A stretch of DNA of 64,000 nucleotides, from assembly GCA_963833225.1 (NCBI GenBank), contig CAWHXD010000006.1, forward strand, positions 224,001-288,000. The letters are read 5' to 3'. This stretch comes from an uncultured Chloroflexia bacterium (lineage in GTDB: Bacteria; Chloroflexota; Limnocylindria; Limnocylindrales; CSP1-4). Position numbers and translations under genes: made by a program. The stretch's first letter is position 1, and the number at the start of each line of letters is the position of its first letter. Below are positions 41,447 through 49,157 of this stretch, in pieces. The notes beneath the pieces were generated by a model, which did no database searches, was not told the DNA's origin, and saw nothing but the letters and a program-made list of their open reading frames with translations.

Positions 41447-42696
41447 GCCGTGCCTCCCCGGGTTGGCCGGATCCAGACGCCGGCTCCGCTCGGTCCGAGC
41501 GCCCGTGCGACCGTGTCAACGGCGCCGGCTTGGATCTCGTCGAGGTCGGTGACACCCCGGAGGTGCTCCGCGTACGCCTCGACGGTCCGCGCGGCGTCGT
41601 AGCGACGGCGGTTGAACCGCTGGTCGACGGCCGCCTGGATGCGTCGTCGAACGGGCTGGAAGACGGCCGCGGCCCCCAGGGTTGAGGCCGCGACGGCCAG
41701 GCTGCTCTCGCTGGCCAGCGGGGCGAGCAACGCCTGGAGGGCGACGATGAGTCCGGCGAACAGCGCCGCGATCAGACCGGTGGTGAGGGCCCACGAGATG
41801 GTCCGGCTGATGATCCGGTCGATCTCGTACAGGCGATAGCGGAGCACGGCGATCCCGATCGCGATCGGGACGCACGGGATGGCGACGATCGGGCCGATCC
41901 AGGCCAGGCCCGACTCGCTCGCGCCCGGGACGAGCGCGCTGACGACGAACCCCGCCAGCACGCCGGCGATGACGAGGCCGAGCGCCGCCGAGATCCAGCG
42001 GAGCTGCTGGCGCTCGAGGCCGGTGGTCCGGCGATAGCGGACGAAGAGCGAAGCGACCGAGCCGGCGAGGAGGACGACGAACGGGAGGACCGCCGTATCC
42101 GGCGTGACCAGTTGCCACACTGGCAGCTGGGGGAGGACCGCCAACGGGTTGCGCACACCCACGCTGGTCGACGCCCCGTTCAAGCTGACGGGAATCTTCG
42201 GCATGAACATGGCCGTCACTGCAACGGCGAGGCAGAGCCCGAGGGCAAGCCGGGCGACGATCCCCCACCGGCCGGTGGGCGGGCGCCCGGACGGAAAGAC
42301 CATCGACAGCACCGCCAGCAGGAAGAACAGCATGAGCCCGGACTGCGCCTGCACGACGGCAATGCCGGCGGCGGTCGGGCTCACGCTGCCGTCGTCGAAC
42401 TGCGCCGCGGTCGCAGGGACCGTCGACAGGATCAGCACGAAGCCCCAGCTCAGCGCGACCAGGATCCAGCCGATCGAGGTGCCCGGGCGCCGGACGGCGA
42501 GGAGCGTCCCCACGCCCGCGTAGGGCACGAACCAGATCAGGCCGATCCCACTCGGCGCGGCGGCGATCGCCCCGAGACCGAACAGGGCAACCAGCAGGAC
42601 ACGCGCGGGCGGCCCCAGCGGCGCTACGGCTTCGATGGCGCCTGCCGCGCTCGCCGGTCCCGGGACGACACGCCAGCGGCGCGCGGCCCCGGTCAC
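41443..42696 (-). CDS. Multi-TM sensor-like protein with C-terminal GAF fragment (paralogue 3)
   Basis: IGWIL, FPSGR, RQQLRW, RYRLYEIDRI, VDQRFNR; ends LRGVTDL...AGVWIR; GTG 42696 preceded by GAGGGG. Confidence 0.8.
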   Translation of the reverse strand: MTGAARRWRVVPGPASAAGAIEAVAPLGPPARVLLVALFGLGAIAAAPSGIGLIWFVPYAGVGTLLAVRRPGTSIGWILVALSWGFVLILSTVPATAAQFDDGSVSPTAAGIAVVQAQSGLMLFFLLAVLSMVFPSGRPPTGRWGIVARLALGLCLAVAVTAMFMPKIPVSLNGASTSVGVRNPLAVLPQLPVWQLVTPDTAVLPFVVLLAGSVASLFVRYRRTTGLERQQLRWISAALGLVIAGVLAGFVVSALVPGASESGLAWIGPIVAIPCVPIAIGIAVLRYRLYEIDRIISRTISWALTTGLIAALFAGLIVALQALLAPLASESSLAVAASTLGAAAVFQPVRRRIQAAVDQRFNRRRYDAARTVEAYAEHLRGVTDLDEIQAGAVDTVARALGPSGAGVWIRPTRGGTA

Positions 42697-42776
42697 GACC
42701 GGTCCCCTCGAACCAATGCGAGGCTGAAGCCGATTGAGCGTGAGCTGGGCGGTATCGGCGGACGTGACGCCATCAT
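42693..42776 (-). CDS. 27-aa spacer ORF coupling two sensor genes
   Basis: MMASRPPIPPSSRSIGFSLALVRGDRS; ATGA overlap at its start and GTGA overlap at its end. Confidence 0.35.
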   Translation of the reverse strand: MMASRPPIPPSSRSIGFSLALVRGDRS

Positions 42777-43999
42777 CGCGTGGTTCCTTGCTGGCGGGTC
42801 CAGACGGCCACCGACCGGGGCTGCATCGAGCGCCCGACCACCGTCTCGAGGTGTGCGTTGAGGGTGTCGAGGGCCGTATCGTCGCGCAGCCCGGCGGCGA
42901 ACCCGTCGAGGACGCGCTGGGCATCGATGTGCGCCCGATTGAACCTGCGGTCGACCGCTGTCTGGACGCGCCGACGCAATGGCTGGAACAGGGTGAAGGC
43001 GACCAGCGTCGCCGCGGCGACCGAGACCGTGCTCTGGCCGGTCAGCGGGCTCAACAGCTCCTGCAGCCCGACGACGGTCACGGCGAACATGACCGCGAGC
43101 ATGGCGCTGATGATCAGATAGCTGATGCTGCGGCTGACAATCCGGTCGATATCCCACAGCCGGTAGCGGAGGACCGCGACACCGGCCGAGATCGGGATGC
43201 CCAGGATGGCTGCGGTGACCACGATCTCGGTGAGCTTGGCGGCGCCCGGTGGCATGGCGCCGAGCTTGGCCAACGGGATGACCCAGAACACGAGACCACA
43301 GACCGCGACGCTGAACGCGAGCCACTTGAGCTGCTGACGGCTCTCCCCGGTGGCGCGGCGGAACCGGAGCGCGAGGGCGCTCGCGCCGATGAAGATGGCG
43401 ACGATGAGCGGCAGGTAGGCGATCCATCGCAGCTCGGGCCGGATCGCGATCTCGATGGCGAACGGATTGGACAGGTAGGAGGCGTTGTCGAGGGGCCCCG
43501 GCAGCACGGCGGCACCCAGTGCCGCGAGCGCCACCACACCGACATCGAGCCGAACGATCGGGCGCCAACGCGAGCTCAGCAGGCGTCCATCCGGGAACAC
43601 GAGCGGCAGGAACACGGTCACGAGCGCGATGGCCGGGATCCAGATCCAGCCGGCAAGCCAGGCTGCGACGTCTCCTCCCGCATGGGCGCCCGGCTCGGCG
43701 ATGAGGGCCAGTGCCGCGTACTGATCACACGCGCCCTCGACAGCCGACAGGATCGCGGCGGCCAGGAACAGCCACCCGATCGGATTCCCACGGACGCGGA
43801 CCACCACGATGGCTCCGATCGCCACGCAGGTGCCCGCGATCACGATCGGAAATCCGCGGACCGACCAGGTGCCCGGGACCTCCACCGACCAGGTCGCCGC
43901 GAGCAGGCCGATGCCAATGGTGCACAGCATGCCCGTGAACACGATGCTGGCTGCAGCGGCCAGCCTGGGCAGGAAGGAGCGCACCGCAATCGGGTTCAC
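42773..43999 (-). CDS. Multi-TM sensor-like protein with C-terminal GAF fragment (paralogue 2)
   Basis: NPIGWLF, FPDGR, RQQLKW, RYRLWDIDRI, VDRRFNR; ends LRDDTAL...VAVWTR. Confidence 0.82.
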   Translation of the reverse strand: MNPIAVRSFLPRLAAAASIVFTGMLCTIGIGLLAATWSVEVPGTWSVRGFPIVIAGTCVAIGAIVVVRVRGNPIGWLFLAAAILSAVEGACDQYAALALIAEPGAHAGGDVAAWLAGWIWIPAIALVTVFLPLVFPDGRLLSSRWRPIVRLDVGVVALAALGAAVLPGPLDNASYLSNPFAIEIAIRPELRWIAYLPLIVAIFIGASALALRFRRATGESRQQLKWLAFSVAVCGLVFWVIPLAKLGAMPPGAAKLTEIVVTAAILGIPISAGVAVLRYRLWDIDRIVSRSISYLIISAMLAVMFAVTVVGLQELLSPLTGQSTVSVAAATLVAFTLFQPLRRRVQTAVDRRFNRAHIDAQRVLDGFAAGLRDDTALDTLNAHLETVVGRSMQPRSVAVWTRQQGTTR

Positions 44000-44301
44000 G
44001 GCGTTCCCCGTCGGGCTCGAAGCCACAGCGCGACACCCGAGGGCTCGATCACCTGTCCGACCGTCGCAGCGGTGTTCTGTGATTCGGCGACCAGATCGAC
44101 GACGGTCTCGAAGAACAGCACAAACGCAACGAGCAGCCAGCCGACGATCTCTCGGGGTCGCGGACAGGTGAGGAACAGGCCGACTCCAGCGAACGACCCG
44201 GTGACCAAGACGTCACTGACTTCGACGCTTGACAACAGCGCGGGCGCGACGATGAGCACCGCGATCGCCGGGTAGGGCACCGCCCGCACCGCGACCCTCA
44301 T
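43996..44301 (-). CDS. Internally shortened paralogue: N-terminal TMs joined in frame to the C-terminal GAF fragment
   Basis: GSFAGVGLFL..PRPREIVGWLL matches paralogue 4 (GSFAAVGLVL..RRPREVVGWLL); ends VDL...TVGQVIEPSGVALWLR. Confidence 0.65.
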   Translation of the reverse strand: MRVAVRAVPYPAIAVLIVAPALLSSVEVSDVLVTGSFAGVGLFLTCPRPREIVGWLLVAFVLFFETVVDLVAESQNTAATVGQVIEPSGVALWLRARRGTP

Positions 44302-45533
44302 CCCTCCGCCGCCGGGCGCACCCAGACCGCAACCGATCCCGGGTGGAGAGCCTCGTGCACCGTGGTTGCGATGTCAGCCTCCACCGAGGCGAGATCCACC
44401 CGGTCGCGCAGCCGCTCGCCGAACGCGGTCACCACACGCTCCCCGTCGTACCGGGCCCGGTCGAACCGCCTGTCCACCGCTCGCTGGACCCGCCGGCGCA
44501 GCGGGGCGAAGAGCGCGAACGCCACCAGCGTGGAGGCCGCCACCGCGAGCGTCTGCCCCTGCGTGAACCCGGCGAGGACCCCCTGGAGCCCGACGACGAG
44601 CCCGGCGAACACCGCGACGAGCAGGCCCGTCACCAGTGCCCAGCCGATCGTGCGGCTGATGATCCGGTCGATCTCGTACAGCCGGTACCGGAGGATCGCG
44701 GCGCCGATCGCCATCGGAAACAGGGTCCACGAGATCCCGACGGCCAGGTCACCGACCTCCGAGTAGCCGTTCGGTCCGGCCTCCGCACCGTAGGTGACCA
44801 TGGCTGCCGTGACAAGCGAGGCGGCTGCGGCGACCCACTTGAGCTGCGCCCGCTCGAGTGCTCCGGAACGCCGCCAGCGTCCGACGAGCGACAGCGCGGC
44901 GAGCCCGATGCACAGCACGGTCAGCCCATAGACGCCCTCCCAGATCGCCCAGAGCGGAGTCGGTGGCGGCGCCAGCGGATTCTCCAGCCACGTGTAGTAC
45001 GGGAAGGCGCCGGGCCGCAGGGCCGCCCCGCAGAACACCAGCGTGGCGAAGAGCGCAGTCGATCCAACCAGCCACCGCCACCGTGGTGAGGGCAGGTGCC
45101 CGTCGGGGAACACCAGGAACAGCAGTGCGATGGCGAGGAAGAGCGGACCGTCCATGAGGCTGATCAAGAGCGCCGCCAGGGCGATGCCGGGCATGGGTTC
45201 GGGGTGGCGGATGTACGCGTCGAGGACGACGTACCCTGCGAGCGGGAACCCGATGGCGAGCACGAGCGGCCCGACGACGTTGCCGGGCCGGCGGACCGCG
45301 ATCAGCCACCCGACGACGAGGAACGTGATCGTCGCGACGAGGAAGACGAGACCGAGGACTGTTGGCGTCGTGTCGTCCAGCAGCCGGGCCAACGTCGCAA
45401 TCGAGGCCACGAGGACGGTCAGGCCGACGATCAAGGCCTGCAGCTGGCGGGCGACGTGGCGCTTGGGCGGAGCCTGACCCGCCTGTGACCTGAAGTCCGC
45501 TCCCGAACCCCGTGCCACGGCACGCTCGCTCAT
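44298..45533 (-). CDS. Multi-TM sensor-like protein with C-terminal GAF fragment (paralogue 1)
   Basis: RRPGNVVG, FPDGH, RAQLKW, RYRLYEIDRI, VDRRFDR; ends FGERLRDRVDL...VAVWVR. Confidence 0.82.
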   Translation of the reverse strand: MSERAVARGSGADFRSQAGQAPPKRHVARQLQALIVGLTVLVASIATLARLLDDTTPTVLGLVFLVATITFLVVGWLIAVRRPGNVVGPLVLAIGFPLAGYVVLDAYIRHPEPMPGIALAALLISLMDGPLFLAIALLFLVFPDGHLPSPRWRWLVGSTALFATLVFCGAALRPGAFPYYTWLENPLAPPPTPLWAIWEGVYGLTVLCIGLAALSLVGRWRRSGALERAQLKWVAAAASLVTAAMVTYGAEAGPNGYSEVGDLAVGISWTLFPMAIGAAILRYRLYEIDRIISRTIGWALVTGLLVAVFAGLVVGLQGVLAGFTQGQTLAVAASTLVAFALFAPLRRRVQRAVDRRFDRARYDGERVVTAFGERLRDRVDLASVEADIATTVHEALHPGSVAVWVRPAAEG

Positions 45534-45697
45534 GTCGTCTCCCCGGACCCGCGACACAGCCACACGCCGATCCTGGTCGGCAGCACCGCCGCTTCGACCG
45601 TCGCCCGAGCATCGCGGCCGATGGTCGGCAGATCCACCTCGCCACGGAGGCGTTCGCCCGGGAAGAGCAGCGCCAGTGCGATGCGGGACGCGGTCAT
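45530..45697 (-). CDS. 55-aa micro-protein consisting essentially of the shared C-terminal GAF fragment
   Basis: Manual translation MTASRIALALLFPGERLRGEVDLPTIGRDARATVEAAVLPTRIGVWLCRGSGETT; its stop overlaps the ATG of the next gene. Confidence 0.65.
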   Translation of the reverse strand: MTASRIALALLFPGERLRGEVDLPTIGRDARATVEAAVLPTRIGVWLCRGSGETT

Positions 45698-45771
45698 GGC
45701 ACCCGATGGTGAGGGCGGGTCGTTCCCAAAACGTTACGGGATTCGGCGCCGAAGTTGTACCGTTGCGCGAC
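45698..45771. promoter_or_regulatory. Divergent promoter region with three-box motif (candidate BTAD/SARP site)
   Basis: CGTTCCC(45721)-N4-CGTTACG(45732)-N22-CGTTGCG(45761); leftward CACCAT 9 nt beyond the boxes; rightward TACCGT-N8-ATG. Confidence 0.62.
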
Positions 45772-48603
45772 ATGTCACTTGACATCCGCGTTCTCGGCCC
45801 CCTCGAGGTCCACGTGGACGGCGAGCCGATCCGCGTGGACACGCGGAAGGCCCAGGCGATCGTCGCCGTGCTCGCGGTTGAACGGCGTCCCTATGCGCGC
45901 GATGAGCTGGCGGCACTGTTCTGGCCCGAGTCGGGCGACGAGTCGGCACGGAACGCGCTGCGACGGACCCTGTCCGTGCTTCGCGCGGCGCTCGGCGGAC
46001 GGTGGCTGCGCGTCGATCGTGCGACGGTGGCGCTCGCCGATCACGGTGACGGCGTGTGGCTGGACCTGGCCGTGCTCGAGGGAGCGGCGGAAGCGGGCGG
46101 GCATTCCGCGCTCACCGACGCGGCGGCGCTTGCCCGGGGGCCCTTTCTCGCCGGCTTCTCACTCCGCGACAGCCCGGATTTCGATGACTGGCACGCGACC
46201 CGGGCGGTTACCGTTGAACGGCGGATCGTGGACGTCCTCGAGCGGCTTGTCTCAGCAGCGGAGTCCGCCGGCGACACCGCGGCCGCCATCACGGCGGCTA
46301 CCCGGCTCGTGGAGCTGAACCCGCTCGACGAGCCGGCGCGCCGACGCCTCATGACCGCTCTTGCCCGCAGCGGTGACCGGGCCGCGGCGATCCGCCAATA
46401 CCGTGCGACCGTCGCGATGCTCGAGCGCGAGCTCGGCGTGAGCCCGCTCGCCGAGACCACGGCGGCCTACGAGGCGATCCGTGACGAACGGCTCGGTCCC
46501 GTCGTGACCGCTGCGGCGGCAGTTGCTGCCACGGGCCCAGAGCCGCCACCGGCTGCGGCCGCGTCACCGCCCCGGCTGCCATTGACGGGTCGCCGCCTGG
46601 AGTTTAAATCACTCCGCGCTGCGCGCCGCTCATCGTCGCCGGACGGGCGAGTCGCCGTCCTCACCGGCGAGGCCGGGATCGGCAAGTCCCGCCTCGCGGA
46701 GGCGCTTCTCGCGGAGGCGGTCGCCGACGAAGGTGTGGTGCTCACCGCACGCGCCTTCCCGGCCGAGGGATCGATCGCCTACGCCCCAATCGTGGAGCTG
46801 CTCCGTTCGGGCTTCGCCCACCAGGATGCGGCTCGCCGCCTGGCCGATGTCCCACCGGGGATCCTCGCAGAGGTGGGGCGGCTCGTGCCCATGCCCGATC
46901 ACGTGACCGCGGGCACCGCGACGGCGGGATCTCCCAATTCACCCGCGGCGCGCGCCCGGCTGCTCGATGCCGTTGCCACGGTCCTCGCCGCGATCGTCCA
47001 CGCCCCCGCTCCGGGCATCGTCGCCGTCGAGGACCTGCAATGGGCGGACAGTGCGTCGAGGGAGGCGATCCTGTACCTGGCCCGGCGGCTGGCCGGGCGA
47101 CCGATGCTCCTCCTCGTCACGTGGCGACCCGAGGACCTGGAGGCCGCCGCCACGACGTTTGCGGATTCCCTCGAGAGCCTTCCGGGCGTGACGTCGATTC
47201 GGCTGGAGCGGCTGGATGACGTTGTCGTCGGTGCGCTCGTCGAGTCAGCGGTCGCCGCGGGCCTGCCACGCTGGGACGCGGCGGCGCTGGCCGCGGAGTC
47301 GGAGGGGCTTCCGCTGTACGTCGTCGAAGCGCTCATGGCGGGTCCCGGAGCGGTTGGGCACAATCCCCCGCGAGGCGTTCGTGCGCTCCTGCACGAGCGT
47401 CTGTCGACCGCTTCCGGGACCGCGAGCCAGGTTCTCGCCGCGGCGGCGGTGATCGGACGCTCGTTCGACTTCGGGACCGTCCGGGCAGCCAGCGGTCGCG
47501 CCGAGGACGAGACCGTCACCGCGCTCGAGGAGCTTGTCCAGCGGGGGATCGTCCGCGAGCTCGCCGGAACCGGCGAGCCGGCGTTCGACTTCGCCCACGC
47601 GCGGCTGCGTGACGCCGCGTACGAGGCCATCGGGACGGCACGGCGCCGGCTGCTCCACCGGCGAGTGGCCGATGCGCTGGGCGCCGATGCGGCCGGTCGC
47701 GACAACCCGGGCCGCCTCGCCAAGATCGCAGGTCATGAGCGGGCCGCAGGTCGCGACGCGGCCGCCGCGGAGGCATACCGGGAGGCAGGACGCGGATCGC
47801 GGCGGGTCTACGCGAACCGGGAGGCGCTGGCGCATCTCGAGATGGCCCTCGCCCTCGGGCACCCGGACGTCGCGGGACTGCAGGTGGCGATCGGCGAGAC
47901 GCGGACCGCGCTCGGCAACTACGCGGGAGCGATTGCGGCATTCGAAGCGGCCGCGGGTCTCGTGTCGGACGCGGCCCTGCCGGAGATCGAGCTGCGACTG
48001 GGCCAGGTCCACGCGCGACGCGGCGATGTGGCAACCGCCGCGAGCCACCTGGATGCGGCGCTGGAGGGCGCCGACGACCGGCTTCGGCCAGCCGTGCTGG
48101 TGGAGCAGGGCGCAGTCGCATTCAGGGCGGACGAGCTGGACGCGGCCGTCTCGTTCGCGAGCACTGCCCTGGGTGCCATCACCGGCACGGAGGACGCGAG
48201 GACGACGGGTGCCGCCAGTCGTCTCCTGGGCCTCGTGGCCCTCCGGCGCGGAGACCTCGACGCGGCGCGGGAGGCCCTTCGGTCGGCCGTCGCTGCGGCG
48301 GACCAGAGCGCGGAACCCAGCGCATCGATCGCAGCCCGCAACGGGCTCGCGCTCGTGGAGGCTGCCGCGGGCCACCGGGACGCGGCGATCACCTTGCTCG
48401 AGGAGGCCCTGGCCGAGTGCCGGCGGACGGGCGAGACGCACCTCGAGGCGGCGGTCGAGAACAACCTCGCCGACCAGCTGCACGCCGTCGGCCGCACGGA
48501 GGAGGCGATGGATCACCTCAAACGTGCCGTGGCCCTGTTCGCCGAGGTCGGCGGGCGGCCGGGCGAGCTTGAGCCCGAGATCTGGAAGCTTGTCTCCTGG
48601 TAG
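45772..48603 (+). CDS. SARP/BTAD-AAA(STAND)-TPR transcriptional regulator
   Basis: IRVLGPLEV, RDELAALFWP, ARGPFLAG, PLDE, LGVSP; Walker A GEAGIGKS; Walker B VEDLQWAD; FAH; TPR tail. Confidence 0.92.
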   Translation: MSLDIRVLGPLEVHVDGEPIRVDTRKAQAIVAVLAVERRPYARDELAALFWPESGDESARNALRRTLSVLRAALGGRWLRVDRATVALADHGDGVWLDLAVLEGAAEAGGHSALTDAAALARGPFLAGFSLRDSPDFDDWHATRAVTVERRIVDVLERLVSAAESAGDTAAAITAATRLVELNPLDEPARRRLMTALARSGDRAAAIRQYRATVAMLERELGVSPLAETTAAYEAIRDERLGPVVTAAAAVAATGPEPPPAAAASPPRLPLTGRRLEFKSLRAARRSSSPDGRVAVLTGEAGIGKSRLAEALLAEAVADEGVVLTARAFPAEGSIAYAPIVELLRSGFAHQDAARRLADVPPGILAEVGRLVPMPDHVTAGTATAGSPNSPAARARLLDAVATVLAAIVHAPAPGIVAVEDLQWADSASREAILYLARRLAGRPMLLLVTWRPEDLEAAATTFADSLESLPGVTSIRLERLDDVVVGALVESAVAAGLPRWDAAALAAESEGLPLYVVEALMAGPGAVGHNPPRGVRALLHERLSTASGTASQVLAAAAVIGRSFDFGTVRAASGRAEDETVTALEELVQRGIVRELAGTGEPAFDFAHARLRDAAYEAIGTARRRLLHRRVADALGADAAGRDNPGRLAKIAGHERAAGRDAAAAEAYREAGRGSRRVYANREALAHLEMALALGHPDVAGLQVAIGETRTALGNYAGAIAAFEAAAGLVSDAALPEIELRLGQVHARRGDVATAASHLDAALEGADDRLRPAVLVEQGAVAFRADELDAAVSFASTALGAITGTEDARTTGAASRLLGLVALRRGDLDAAREALRSAVAAADQSAEPSASIAARNGLALVEAAAGHRDAAITLLEEALAECRRTGETHLEAAVENNLADQLHAVGRTEEAMDHLKRAVALFAEVGGRPGELEPEIWKLVSW

Positions 48604-48678
48604 GGGCGGGCGATCGGGTGGATGAGACCCGCCCAACGACTCGCGGACCCCCGACATTCTTCGGGCGCGGTTCCTGCC

Positions 48679-48828
48679 CGGGCGCGGGGCGCCCCAACGG
48701 ATCGGTGGCGTGAGGATCCGGGCGCCGGCGGTGGGGTCGGTTGCGCGAGCTGGGGCTCTGGTGTGACAGGCGCCACGCCGGGCGCCCGATCCGTCCCCCG
48801 ATGCGCCCTTTGGGGCGCCGGGCGCCCG
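48679..48828. repeat. 150-bp four-box intergenic element, copy 2
   Basis: Boxes start at 48679 and 48719; inverted boxes end at 48788 and 48828; shares GTTGCGC at +61 and GTGAC at +84 with copy 1. Confidence 0.75.
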
Positions 48829-48850
48829 AAGCGGGAACGAGCCGGCGCCT

Positions 48851-49144
48851 TCAGGATTGGTCGCGGACCACCGTCAGCCCCCGCGCATGCGCCAGGCCCA
48901 GCACCCAGCCCGCCGCCCCCATCGCGGGGTCGCTCTCGAGCTCCGGGGCCTCGTCACCGTCATCCGCCCGACCCGTGCCGCCGAGCAGGCGCAGCGTCCC
49001 GCCATCGGCGGCCAGGCGATCAAGGATCCGCTCCAGGTCTTCGGCCCCCACGGCGACGAAGCGCTGGCCGACGTCGACCGAAACGGAGCCATCCTCCTCC
49101 GCGTAGACCGTCAGGTCCGCCTCGAGCCGATCGGAGATCCCCAT
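48851..49144 (-). CDS. Hypothetical protein (97 aa)
   Basis: Protein-like acidic composition; immediately downstream of tldE in the same direction. Confidence 0.55.
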   Translation of the reverse strand: MGISDRLEADLTVYAEEDGSVSVDVGQRFVAVGAEDLERILDRLAADGGTLRLLGGTGRADDGDEAPELESDPAMGAAGWVLGLAHARGLTVVRDQS

Positions 49145-49157
49145 CGCCGGCGCCGCC

